Shown: piece after piece, positions 53,006-63,815 of the stretch
Numbering within the stretch: position 1 is the first letter of the stretch
Layout: each line of letters opens with the position of its first letter
NCBI RefSeq assembly: GCF_963921235.1
Contig: NC_086108.1
Span: 37,140,001 to 37,204,000, forward strand
Reading direction: 5' to 3'
Source: Mobula hypostoma
Taxonomy: Eukaryota
Length of the DNA: 64,000 nt
Notes under the pieces: model-generated
Seen by the model: only the letters and a program-made list of their open reading frames with translations
Database searches by the model: none
Told to the model about the DNA's origin: nothing
Position numbers and translations under genes: made by a program

Positions 53006-55901
53006 AGAACATAGAAACACAGAAAACCTACAGAACAATACCGGACCTTCAGCCCACAATGCTGTGCCGAACATGTTCTTAGTTTAGAAATTACCTCGGG
53101 CTACCGAAGTCCTCTATTTTTCTAAGTTCCATGTACCTATCCAGGAGTCTCTTAAAAGATCCTATTGTGTCCACCTCCACCACAGTCACCAACAGCCCAT
53201 TCCACTCACTCACCATTCAACTTAACTGTGACATCGCCTCTGTACCTGTTTCCAAGCACCTTAGAACTGTGCCCTCTCATGTTAGCCATTTCAGCCCTGG
53301 GAAAAAGCCTCTGACTATCCACACGATCAATGCCTTTCATCATCTTATACACATCTATCAGGTCACCTCTCGTCCTCTGCTGCTCCAGGGAGAAAAGGCC
53401 GAGTTCACTCAACCTATTCTCATAAGGCATACTCCCCAATCCAGGCAACATCCTTGTAAATCTCCTCTGCTCACTTTCTATAGTTTCCACATCCTTCCTA
53501 TAGTGAGGTGACCAGAACTGAGCACAGTACTCCAAGTGGGGCCTGAGCAGGGTCCTATATAGCTGTAACATTACCTCTTGGCTCTTAAACTCAATCCCAG
53601 GGTTGATGAAGGCAAATGCACCATATGCTTTCTTAGCTACACAGTCAACCTGCACAGCAGCTTTGAGTGTCCTATGGACTCAGACTCCAAGATCCCTCTG
53701 ATTCAACACACTGCCAAGAGTCTTATCATTAATACTATATTCTGCCATCATATTTGACCTACCAAAATGAACCACTTCACACTTACCTGGGTTGAACTCC
53801 ATCTGCCACTTCTCAGCCCAGTTTTGCATCCTATCAATGTCCCGCTGTAACCTCTGACAGCCCTCCAAACTATCCACAACACCCCCAACCTTTGTGTCAT
53901 CAGTAAATTTACTAACCCATCCCTCTACTTCGTCATCCACGTCATTTATAAAAATCACAAAGAGAAGGGGTCCCAGAACAGACCCCTGAGGCACACCACT
54001 GGTCACCAACCTCCATGCAGAATATGACACACCTACAAGCACTCTTTGTCTTCTGTGGGCAAGCCAGTTCTGGATCCACAAAGCAATGTCCCCTTGGATC
54101 CCATGCCTCCTTACTTTCTCAATAAGCCTTGCATAGGGTACCTTGTAAAATGCCTTGCTGAAATCCATACACATCATATCTACTGCTCTACCTTCATCAA
54201 TGTGTTTAGTCACACCTTCAAAAAATTCAATCAGGCTCGTAAGGCACAACCTGGCCTTTGACAAAACCATGCTGACTATTCCTAATTATATGTTTTACGA
54301 AGAAACAGCATTTCAAGATGTATACTATATACATTTTTCTAAATTGAACCTTTGACCCTTGATTATGCCTCTCCAAATGTTCATAAATCCTGCCTCTCAA
54401 GATCTTCACCATCAACTTACCAACCACTGAATTAAGACTCACTGGTCTATAATTTCCTGGGCTATCTCTCTTTCTTGAACAAGGGAACAACATCTATAAC
54501 CCTCCAATCCTCTGGAACCTCTCCCGAACCCATTGATGATGCAAAGATCATTGCCAGAGGCTCAGCAATCTCCTCCCTTGCCTCCCACAGTAGCCTGGAG
54601 TATATCTCATCTGGTCCCAGTGACTTATTCAACTTGATGTTTTCCAAAAGCTCCAGCATATCCTCTTTCTTAATATCTATATGCTCAAGCTTTGCAGTCA
54701 GCTGTAAGTCATCCCTACAATCACCAAGGTCCTTTGCCGTAGTGAATACTGAAGCAATGTATTCGTTATGTACCTCTGCTATCCCCTCTGGTTCCATACA
54801 CACTTTTTCACTGTCACAATTGATTGGTCCTATTCTCTCACATCTTATCCTCTTGCTCTTCACATACTTCTATAATGCCTTTGGGTTTTCCTTAATCCTG
54901 CTCGCCAAGGCCTTCTCATGACCCCCTCTGGCTCTCCTAATTTCATTCTTAAGCTTGTTTCTCCTAGCCTTATAATCTTCTAGATCTCAATCATTACCTG
55001 GTTTCTTGAACCTTTTGTAAGCTTTTTCCTTCTTGACTAGATTTTCAACAACCTTTGTACACCATGGTTCCTCTACTCTACCATCCTTTCCCTGTCTCAT
55101 TGAAACGTACCTACACAAATATCCCCTGAACATTTGCCACATTTCTGCTGTACATTTCCCTGAGATCATCTGTTCCCAATTTATGCTTCCAAGTTCCAGC
55201 CTGATAGCTTCATATTTCCCCTTACTCCAATTAAACGCTTTCCTAACTTGTCTGTTCGTAACCCTCTCCAATGCTAAGGTAAAGGAGATAGAATTGTGAT
55301 CACTATCTTCAAAGAGATCTCTGAGAGATCTGACACCTGACCAGGTTCATTTCCCAATTCCAGCTCAAGTACAGCCTCTCCTCTTGTAGGCTTATCTACA
55401 TATTGTGTCAAGAAACCTTCCTGAACACACCTAACAAACTCTACCCCTACCAAACCCCTCACTCTAGGGAGATGCCAATCAATATTGGGGTAATCAAAAT
55501 TTCCCACCATGGTTAAAATAGACACAACTCAAACCATCTGTCTGAGCATATCCCTTCTCTATCTTCTGTTTATCCTTCCTCTCACACAGTCTACAAGCTT
55601 TCTCTATTTGTGAGCCAACTGCCCCTTCCTCCATCCCTTCAGTTTGGTTCCCACCCCCCAGCAATCCTAGTTTAAACTCTCCCCAATAGCCTTAGCAAAC
55701 CTCCCTGCCAGGATATTGGGCCCCCTCGGATTCAAGTGCAACCCCTCAGTTTTGTGCAGGTCACACCTGCTCCAATAGAGGTCCCAAAGATCCAGAAATC
55801 TGAATCCCTGCCCCTTGCTCCAATCCCTCAGCCACACATTTATCCTCCACCTCACTCTATTCCTATACTCACTGTCGTGTGACACAGGCAGAAATCCTGA
55901 G
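53006..55901 (-). mobile_element. CR1 LINE nested in the PLE
   Basis: GLHLNPRG (end of ORF1), GNFDYPNIDW, YRPVSL, GVPQGSVLGPLLFVIFIND, KFTDDTK, EYCAQFWSP; small insert at about 54288-54360. Confidence 0.92.
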
Positions 55902-56199
55902 ATGTGTGGTAAAGATGTGTTTGGTGGTAGGATCCATTTGGAGATGGCGGAGGTTGTGGAGAATGATGTATTGGATGCAGAGGTTCATGGTTTGAACAAA
56001 AGGAACTCTATCCTTGTTAAGGTGGTGAAAGTTGAGTGAGCATGGATGTCTGGGAAATGGAGGTGATGCAGGCAAGTGCAGCATCAATGGTGGAAGAAAA
56101 GAAAGAATCTCTGATATCCTGGAATTGAAAGCTTCATCCTGGATGCAGTGGAGATGAGGGAACTGAGAAAAGAAAAATAACATTTTTATTTTACAGGAG

Positions 56200-56435
56200 G
56201 GAGGGAGGGAACGTCGACTCAGACCATGAGAGGCCTGCTTCCGGCATTTTCATGCCTTACAAGGCGCAGATTGGAAGTCTGTGTGGGGCACCACTTCTCG
56301 CACAGACACTAAAGCAATGTGTGATTAAGTGCCTTGCTCAAGGGCACCAACACGCTGCCACAGCTGAGGCTCAAACTAGCGATCTTGAGGTAACTAGACA
56401 AACGCCTTAACCACTTGGCCACGTGCCCAACACCC
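56200..56435 (-). mobile_element. tRNA-derived SINE (same family as 33515-33745)
   Basis: 11-bp TSD TTTTACAGGAG at 56189-56199 and 56436-56446; A and B boxes on the minus strand. Confidence 0.9.
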
Positions 56436-57978
56436 TTTTACAGGAGACAGGGTGGGAAGAGGTATAATCAATATAGCTGTGGAAATTGGTAGGTTTATAA
56501 TAAGATGTTGCTCATCAGATTGTCTGCAGAAAAATCAAAAAAGAGGAAGGAGGTTTCAGAAATGGACCGAGTGAATTTAAAGGTAGGGTGGAAGTTGGAG
56601 TTGATGAAATAGATGAACTCCACATGGGTGCATGAAACAGCACCAATGCAGTCATTAAAGTACTGGAGGAAGATTTAGGGAGCATTTCCAATGAGGGCTT
56701 GGAACATAGACTCATCTACGCAGCCAACGAAAAGTCAGCCATACCTGGGGCCCATGCAGGTGCCCATGGCTACCCCTTGAGTCTGAAGAAAGTGGAAGAA
56801 GCCAAAGGAGAAATTTTTGAAGGAGAACACTAGTTCTGCCAGGTGGAGGAGGGTAGCGGTGGAGTGGAACTAGTTGGTTCTTTTGTGAAGAAAGAGGCTG
56901 AGAGTTTTAAAGCCTTCTTGATGGGGCATAGAGATGTACAGGGACTGGACATTTAAGCTGAAAATGATGCAGTCAGGGCCAGGGAATTGAAAGTTGTTGA
57001 GGAGATTGAGAACACGTGAAGTGTCATGGATGTAGGTGGAAAGGGACTGAACCAAAGGCGTTAGATTGGAGTAGGGGTATAAGGACACATGTTTTATGTC
57101 TTCTGATTGACCTTTTTGTCTTGATTTTATTTCGGAAGCTGTTGAAGCCTGTGATGTGTAGTTTGGAACTCTATCGGATGATCTATTACTCTGCTGTCCC
57201 TGAAGAGGACCATGAGCACAAGCTGCCTCAGGCAGAAGACCAGAGACGAGGCCATGATCGACTCCATTTCGAAGTGTTGAGGAAGATTGAAGCATTGATG
57301 TGAATGTGGAGGAGGTCAAAAGTAGCTCTCTATGGAGGCCACGGTTGATGGTGGTTGGCAGCCGAGCCAGCGTCAGTCGGAAAGCCGCAGACTAGCAGCT
57401 CAGCGGCTGCTCCTCACGGGAGGACTGTGTTCAAGTGGGCGCTCTCCTCGATTCTGATGGGAGGAGGTTTTCGAAATTCTAAGACTGATGTGATTATTTG
57501 GCTGTAGTTTATATTGCTCTCCTTCCATTTCCTGTGTTTTCCTTCTTGCTGCCAACCGGGGGGTTGGGGTTCCAGGTGAGCGATATGTTAGTTCTTGTGT
57601 GATGGAGGGGTTGAGGATTTGGGGTCTGGTGTTCTTATTGGTTTTTCTGTGTGGGTGGCCTGTTTGTTTTTGTGTGTGAGAGGGGGGTTGGGGGATCAAT
57701 ACAATTGTCGATGTCTTATTTGCAAGGGAGGTGGTTGGGGGTTAGGGGTTTGACGTTATAGCTGCCATTTTCCATGTGGGTGATCTGTTAAGTTTCTGTA
57801 TGAGGGAAGGGTCGGGAGGTTTGCGGTTTGATGTTCTAGTTGCCGTTTCTCGCGCGGGCAATCTATTAATTTTTTGAGCAAGGGAGAGGGTGGGGGTTGT
57901 GGTTGGTGAGTTTAGTTTTTCCTTTTTTTTGGGGGGGGGGTTTGATGTCTTTATTTCAATGATTCCATGGTTTCTCTG

Positions 57979-58196
57979 TGTACTGTATGGCCTACAGTAT
58001 AATAAGGGACTACTTTATGTTGTAGGAACACATCATTGCATGTGCTATTATGCACGTATTGACCATACGCTATTAGGTGCATATTGATCTGTACTTGTGT
58101 GCTGAGTTCGGTTTCTGCCAGTAGAGAACCATGTCGCTCCCGTCTCCAGCGTTTTTATTAATAGCATTGTTGTGTAACCAGGCCACATACACAACA
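57979..58196 (+). repeat. 5' LTR (218 bp)
   Basis: TGTACTGTATGGCC...ACACAACA; direct repeat of 62130-62326. Confidence 0.95.
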
Positions 58197-58199
58197 AAT

Positions 58200-58210
58200 T
58201 GGCGACGAGG
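58200..58210 (+). promoter_or_regulatory. Primer binding site complementary to the 3' end of tRNA-Ser(GCT)
   Basis: TGGCGACGAGG, 3 nt after the LTR; the vertebrate tRNA-Ser(GCT) 3' end is CCTCGTCGCCA. Confidence 0.85.
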
Positions 58211-58578
58211 TTAACCTATATCGTATCGGAACGCTGTGTTTTAACGAAAACGAAACTCAGAAGAAGAGTTCAAGGAACGAGCCAAGGAGCAGGAGAAGGA
58301 GGTAGAGTGAGGCTACGAGTCTGAAAGGAAGCGGGAGCACAGCTGGGGTCGGGAACGTCGGTAGACCAAGAGACACAGTTGGAGCTGCAGCACGTCCAGC
58401 TGAGATCACAGCCAGTGCTAACCCACAGGGGCTGAGGGTCTGCCTGCCCCAGAAGGGAGAGAAAAAGGAGGAACACACACACATCTAGACATCTAGTGTG
58501 TTCGTGGCACTAGCAAAATGGACACGTGAGTCAAAAAGGAAAATAAGAGGAGAACGGGGCTAAATTAACATAACAAAA

Positions 58579-59760
58579 ATGGTGATGATTGGAACCATTG
58601 CAGCATTTGATAGTGGCATTGAAGACTGGGCAACTTACATTGAAAGAGTGAAGTTATATTGTAAGGCTAACGGTGTTAATGATGAAAAGAAAGCCAGCAT
58701 CTTAGTACTATGGGAGCAAAAACATACCAGCTGCTATGGAGCTTGTTAACCTTTGAAAAGCCAGCTAACAAAACATACAAGCAAATAGTAGACACTCTCC
58801 AACAGCATTTAAACCCCAAACCACTGGTCATTGCTGGAAGATTTAAATTTCTCAAACAGAATCAGAGCAAAAATGAAAGCATTTCTGAATATTGTGCTGA
58901 ATTGCATAAATTATCAGAACATTGTCAATTTGGAACTGGTCTATCGGATGCATTGAGGGACAGATTTATGTGTGACATGCACTGTGAAACCACACAGAAG
59001 AAGCTCCTGTGTGAAAAGACCTCACATTAGAGATGGTGCTGAACATTGCAATATCAACAGAAATAGCAACACGGGGTGCTTCAGAGATACAACAAAAATC
59101 TCTGGAATATGCTACGAATGAAATGTCACTGAACAGGAATGAAGGATAGAAATGTTACTGTTGTGGGAACATGTCACATGACCCTGATGAATGTTGGTTT
59201 AAAGACAAAAAATGCAGAAACTATGGCAAATAGGGCCACATTGGCAGAGTATGCAAAGCTAGTAAACAGCAGAAAAAGGAGAAAATACAGAGAAACAAGA
59301 AACCCCAGAAAGGAAAACACAACAATGTACACAAAATGGAAGAAAGTAGTTCTGATGAAAACGACTCAGATGAAAGTGAATTGCCTTGTCGGCAACTTCA
59401 CAGCATGAAAGAGACAGATGATCAAAGAGTAATAAGGATCACTCCACAAGTGGCAGGTATGAGACTGAAAATGGAGTTGGACACAGGTTCAGCTTTAACA
59501 GCGATGTCTGTACGTGATTACAAATGAGTGCTTTCTCACATACCTCTGAAATGAACTAAACTGCTGCTAAAGACTTACACAGGACAGAAAGAGTATCCCA
59601 AAGATAAAATTAAAGTGACAGTGACCTATGGAGACAAAACACAGCAGCTGAACCTCTATATACTGAGAAATGGAGGAGCACTGTTGCTGGGACATGAATG
59701 GCTCAGGAAAATCCAGTTGGATTAGCACACCATTAAGGCACGAGATATGTCAACAAAGGA
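58579..59760 (+). pseudogene. Gypsy gag + aspartic protease, decayed
   Basis: MVMIGTIAAFDSGIEDWATYIER; MGAKTYQLL..PKPLVIAGRFKF..Q..ESISEY..LRDRF; CYCCGNMSHDPDEC..CRNYGK*GHIGRVC; MELDTGSA..LLGHEWLRKI. Two frameshifts in gag and several stops. Confidence 0.92.
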
Positions 59761-59779
59761 GGGCAGCTCAGCGGGGAAG

Positions 59780-60711
59780 ATGTCCGCAGCTCTCCTCTCA
59801 CCCATTGTCAACTATTACAATGATGAGGAGGAGCTAGACAGCATCGACGACGAGGACGAACACAGTATCTGTGGCCGCAACTCAGATGAAGATACAAAGG
59901 ATGCAAGAGAGACAGATATTGCCAATCAGCACATGAAGACTACCTGGAAGTAAAAGTGCAGATGCGCCAGGAGAAATTGACATCTCTCAAAAGACAGCTA
60001 CAGCAGTTACAGGAAGTCACTTTGCAGGAGTATCAGAAAAGGATGAAGAAACTAGATCAACAATACAAGGAAAGAATACGAAATGCAGGGCTTTTTCTGC
60101 AACTGGAGACAGAACAAGTGGAAAGGAATTATATTAAAGAGACGAAAGAAGCAGTGAAGGAATTTGTGGATAAAAAGATTGAGTTAGAAGAAAAGAAAAA
60201 GATGATTGAGAATGAGAGTCTAACAATGGAACTCACAGGGGATTCTATGGAGGTAAAGCCAATAATGACTAGGAAACTAAGGAGGAGATCTAATAACCCT
60301 GTTCCAATTACAAACAAAAGACGAAAACCTGCACCTGTGCAGTTGAATTACTTGTTAACAGATGAACAGATAATGGAAGATCTGCGAACTCTCAATAAGC
60401 TTAAATCTCCAAAAAGACCAGCATCTCCATCTTCTCCTGAGTATCTTCCCAGCTCTCCTGCTGAATCACCAGCACAAACATATGAAGCACGAATAGAAGG
60501 TAGAAAGTTATATTACGATAAGAAATGGTATCATACAAGTCAGGCTATCTATTTGGAATCTAAGGAAAATACGAAGATTGGCTGTGTAATTAGCTCAGCT
60601 GGAACAAATTAGATATGCGTAAGGAAGACAAGTGATAGCACAAAGATGCGTATATTTCTAGGACAGCTGCACAGAGGAGTCTTCATTATACGGAGGCGAT
60701 CTGCTATCTAG
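59780..60711 (+). pseudogene. SUDS3: Intronless retrocopy of Sin3 histone deacetylase corepressor complex component SDS3
   Basis: [135 protein letters not shown]. Frameshift at about 59925-59935, premature TAG at 60610-60612, apparent 8-codon deletion at about 60185. Confidence 0.95.
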
Positions 60712-60724
60712 AACTCTTAGCAAG

Positions 60725-61795
60725 TTTTGTAATTTATTTTTTACTGAAGTTCATCATCGAACAAAACTTTCCAGAAGACGTATTTCAGATACTGTACATA
60801 TATATCATATAGTCATATTTGTCACAAATCTCCACATAATATTTATCTGCGGTAAACACTTATAGAAAGGAGAGGAAAGAAAGAACAATCAAAAGAAGAA
60901 AACTATGTACAAAGTAGGGAGTGATCTTTTTTTTTACAACATAATCATTGACTTGTGAGAATAAAATCAGGCCTATGAGGTGTTATGTATTTAAACCATT
61001 TTTCCCCAGTATGAATCAAAGCGAAGTGTCTTGGCCCGAAATGTCGACTGTACATCTTCCTAAAGATGCTGCCTGGCCTGCTGCATTCACCAACAAATTT
61101 GATGTGTGTTACTATTGAGCACGGCTTACTTTCTGTGTCTCCGGAGGGCTGTGGGACGAGCACATGATGCGCCCTCTCATTTTCAATCTCCATAGTCAGG
61201 GGAATCTCCAGTGCTTCCCACAGCAACTTTTCTACAAACTCCGTCATTGACAATCCCTCCGCTCCTTTGGGAACATTATAAATCCTGATATTTTTCTGTC
61301 GCAATCTTCCCTCCTGGTCAAGCAATTTACTTCCCTGTTGATTTAATATTTTTATCATCTTACTTAGTATCCGTTGCACGTTTTGCACGTGATCTTCCAC
61401 CTTTTCAATTCGAGTCTCTGCTACCACCACTTTCTGATTGACGTTGGCGAGCTCTGACTTGATATCATTGAGTTGCTGTTTTATATCTTTTTGGACTTCC
61501 CTTATCTCTTCTAGAATCTTTATCATGTTTGCCGCTTCACCTGAACAAGGCCCAGCGTCAGCTTTGCCACCACGTGCACGTGTAGGAGAGCTGTGCGTTG
61601 CACATCTCTCTTCCATAGGCTCCGCAGTGGTGCTTTTTTTATCTCCATTCTTTTTCACCATTCTTGTCTCCCTTATCAATTCAGATATTTTCGAAAGATC
61701 TTATATTTGGTGGATTCACGGGGCAAAATGCATTTTTCCGGAGGAGCTGTTGATTTAAGCTGCCATTCCGGATGATGATGTCACCAGAATCAGCG
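60725..61795 (-). mobile_element. Internally deleted L1-clade LINE (5' UTR, ORF1 N-terminal part, ORF2 extreme C-terminus, 3' UTR) nested in the Gypsy element
   Basis: Coiled coil followed by EGRLRQKNIRIYNVPKG..EIENERAH (L1 ORF1p RRM-like); 3' UTR ending AATAAATTACAAAA at about 60725. Confidence 0.82.
61021..61110 (+). mobile_element. PLE terminal-repeat fragment at the L1 deletion junction
   Basis: GGCCCGAAATGTCGACTGTAC..GATGCTGCCTGGCCTGCTGCATTCACCAAC. Confidence 0.8.
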
Positions 61796-61882
61796 CACAT
61801 CTTCTTAACTCCTTATGCTCAGAGGTCAACTTTTCATGACTTTCATATGGAAATCTGTATTAAAACAAGCAAGTTTATTGAT

Positions 61883-61935
61883 AGACGTTACCCAGAGAGG
61901 CAGAGAAGACCCTCCCACAGAGACTTGAGTTATAA
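61883..61935 (+). pseudogene. Extreme C-terminus of Gypsy pol (integrase tail)
   Basis: RRYPERQRRP..QRLEL* with a frameshift in a C run; typical RRYPxRxRRPPxRL end of Gypsy pol. Confidence 0.7.
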
Positions 61936-62111
61936 ATGGGTCTTAGACCAAAAGTAAAAAAAGACTTGTTATAATTTGATATTATTGTGTTACTTTGTTA
62001 TGATTTGATATTATTAAGTTACTAAGTAAACAAATGGTAGGCATTTGTATATTAAGGGTAGACATATTTGTTTAGCATAGTGTCCCAGTAAAAAAAAGTT
62101 GATACACTATT

Positions 62112-62129
62112 AAAATAAAAGGGAAGGAG
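62112..62129 (+). promoter_or_regulatory. Polypurine tract
   Basis: AAAATAAAAGGGAAGGAG immediately before the 3' LTR. Confidence 0.88.
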
Positions 62130-62326
62130 TGTACTGTATGGCCTACAGTATAATAAGGGACTACTTTATGTTGTAGGGACACGTCGTTGCATGCGCAATA
62201 GGCATGTATTGATCTGTATGTGTGTGCCAAGTTTGGTTTCTGCCAGTAAAGAACCATGAACCTTAGCTCCCATCTCCAGTGTTTTTATTAATAGCATTGT
62301 TGTGTAACCAGGCCACGTACACAACA
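62130..62326 (+). repeat. 3' LTR (197 bp)
   Basis: First ~48 nt identical to the 5' LTR; elsewhere it differs mainly by CpG-type transitions and two indels. Confidence 0.95.
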
Positions 62327-63239
62327 CTCTGTATTTCTTGGCTATCTGGAGAAGACAAATATCGGAGTTGTGTTGTACATGTATACCTTGACAATAATAT
62401 AAACCTTAGAATCTTTTTCAGTGGAGCAGGAGTAGGCAGAGCAGAGACTCCTGGACACGACTACCTGGACAGTCAGGTTTGTGGATCTTGGGTAGGTGGC
62501 AGAAGGGCAGAGTACAAAGTACAGTGCGGGGTAAGGGAACTATGAGGTTGATGGTAGCAGATGGGAGTTATCCAGGGTTGATGAGGTCAGTGATCGTGTT
62601 GGAGACAATATTCTGATGGCCTGGAGTAGGGTCCTCTTCAACGGGTAAGTAAGAGGAGGTATCTGAGTATTGGTACCTGGCTTCAGCAAGGTAGAGTTCA
62701 GTTTGCTACACTACAACAGCTCCCCCTTTGTCTATGGGTTTGATAATAAGGTTGGGATCAGTGCTGAGCGAGTAGAGGGCAGTACATTCACAGGGGGTAA
62801 TGTTTAAGGAGTAAGGAATACTAAATTTGAACCAGTTGACATACTAGACACCTTCTCTGTATCTCATTGGAAATCAGCCATAAATGCTGGCATGTTTTTA
62901 AATGATCCAAAAAATGCTGAACAGTACATAATAATGTTTGCTACGCTTGGGTGCAATGATATATTCAAGGAAAGACTGATGTTGCATTTGGCCCTGTTTT
63001 ATTGCCGTGTTTCCCGTCCTCTAGGCTTTTTGCTTCAATGTTATATTCTGCTTACGATCATTTTTTTTTTGTAAATTGATGTTCCTATCATCACTACAAT
63101 AATCACTATAGGAGCATTATATTTGGTTAAATAATCTCCACCCGGCAGAAGCCAAACACCAGTTGTGAAATAGCAAGCTTCTCTCCTCTAGACCATTATC
63201 TCAATGTAACAGATTCATTCTCCGTTTCTTTATTCTACA

Positions 63240-63815
63240 AGAGACACAAGGGATTGCAGATGTTGGAATCTGGTTCAACATGCAATCTGCTGGAGAAACT
63301 CTGCAAATTGATTAGCATCTGTGGGGGAAAAGGAATTGTCAGTATCTCAGGTTAAAATGCTGCACTGGGAATGGAGAGGGGAAAGAGCAGTAGAAAGAGG
63401 AGCAGAGGAGGGGTGAGAGCTGGCAGGTATGTTGCAGTAGGCAGGGGAGAGTAAAGCGGTTGGAATTGGGAGTCAGTGGCAGGTGGGTGATAGATCAGAG
63501 TCACGTATAATATCACTGGCATATTTTGTGAACTTTGTGGCAGCAGTACAATGCAATACATGATAAATATAGAAAAAAACTGAATAACAGTAAGCAGGTA
63601 TATGTGTATTAAATGCTTAAATTAAGTAAGTAGTGCAAAAGCAGAATTAGAAAGTAGTGAGGTAATGTTCCTAAGTTCAATCTCCATTTAGAACTCTGAT
63701 GACAGAGAGGAAGAAGATGTTCCTGAATTACTGAGTGTGTTTCTTCAGCCTTCTGTACCTCCTTCCTGATGATAATGATGTGAAGGGCGCATGTCCTGTG
63801 TGGTGAGGTTGCTTG
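63240..63815 (-). mobile_element. PLE terminal fragment (about 63240-63493) followed by a Rex1-like 3' fragment (about 63494-63815)
   Basis: TGCAGATGTTGGAATCTGG..CTGCTGGAGAAACTC; HTGHAPFTSLSSGRRYRRLKKHTQ. Confidence 0.7.

Larger units (their letters stand above)
57979..62326 (+). mobile_element. Ty3/Gypsy (Mag-like) LTR retrotransposon, non-autonomous, carrying a SUDS3 retrocopy in place of RT-RNaseH-IN
   Basis: Two TG..CA LTRs; 5-bp TSD CTCTG at 57974-57978 and 62327-62331; PBS; PPT; gag with two zinc knuckles; DTG protease. Confidence 0.95.
57094..62415 (+). mobile_element. Non-autonomous retroelement with Rex1-type tail; insertion target of the Gypsy element
   Basis: Removing 57979-62331 restores GATTCCATGGTTTCTCTG-TATTTCTTGGCTATCTGGAGAAGACAAAT..GACAATAAT; PLE RT sequence lies on both outer sides. 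Confidence 0.6.
52165..62845 (-). mobile_element. Long Penelope-like element split into four pieces (about 52165-53005, 55902-56199, 56436-57093, 62416-62845)
   Basis: 62416-62845 encodes LIIKPIDKGGAVVV..HLPKIHKPDCPG; about 57093-56870 continues with PLVQSLSTYIHDT..NVQSLY; GIY-YIG remnant SIGVAYCI near 52800; terminal repeat at 52165. Confidence 0.82.

Noticed and set aside
59780..60711. SUDS3 as the functional host gene
   Set aside because: It is intronless, frameshifted, has a premature stop and lies between LTRs.
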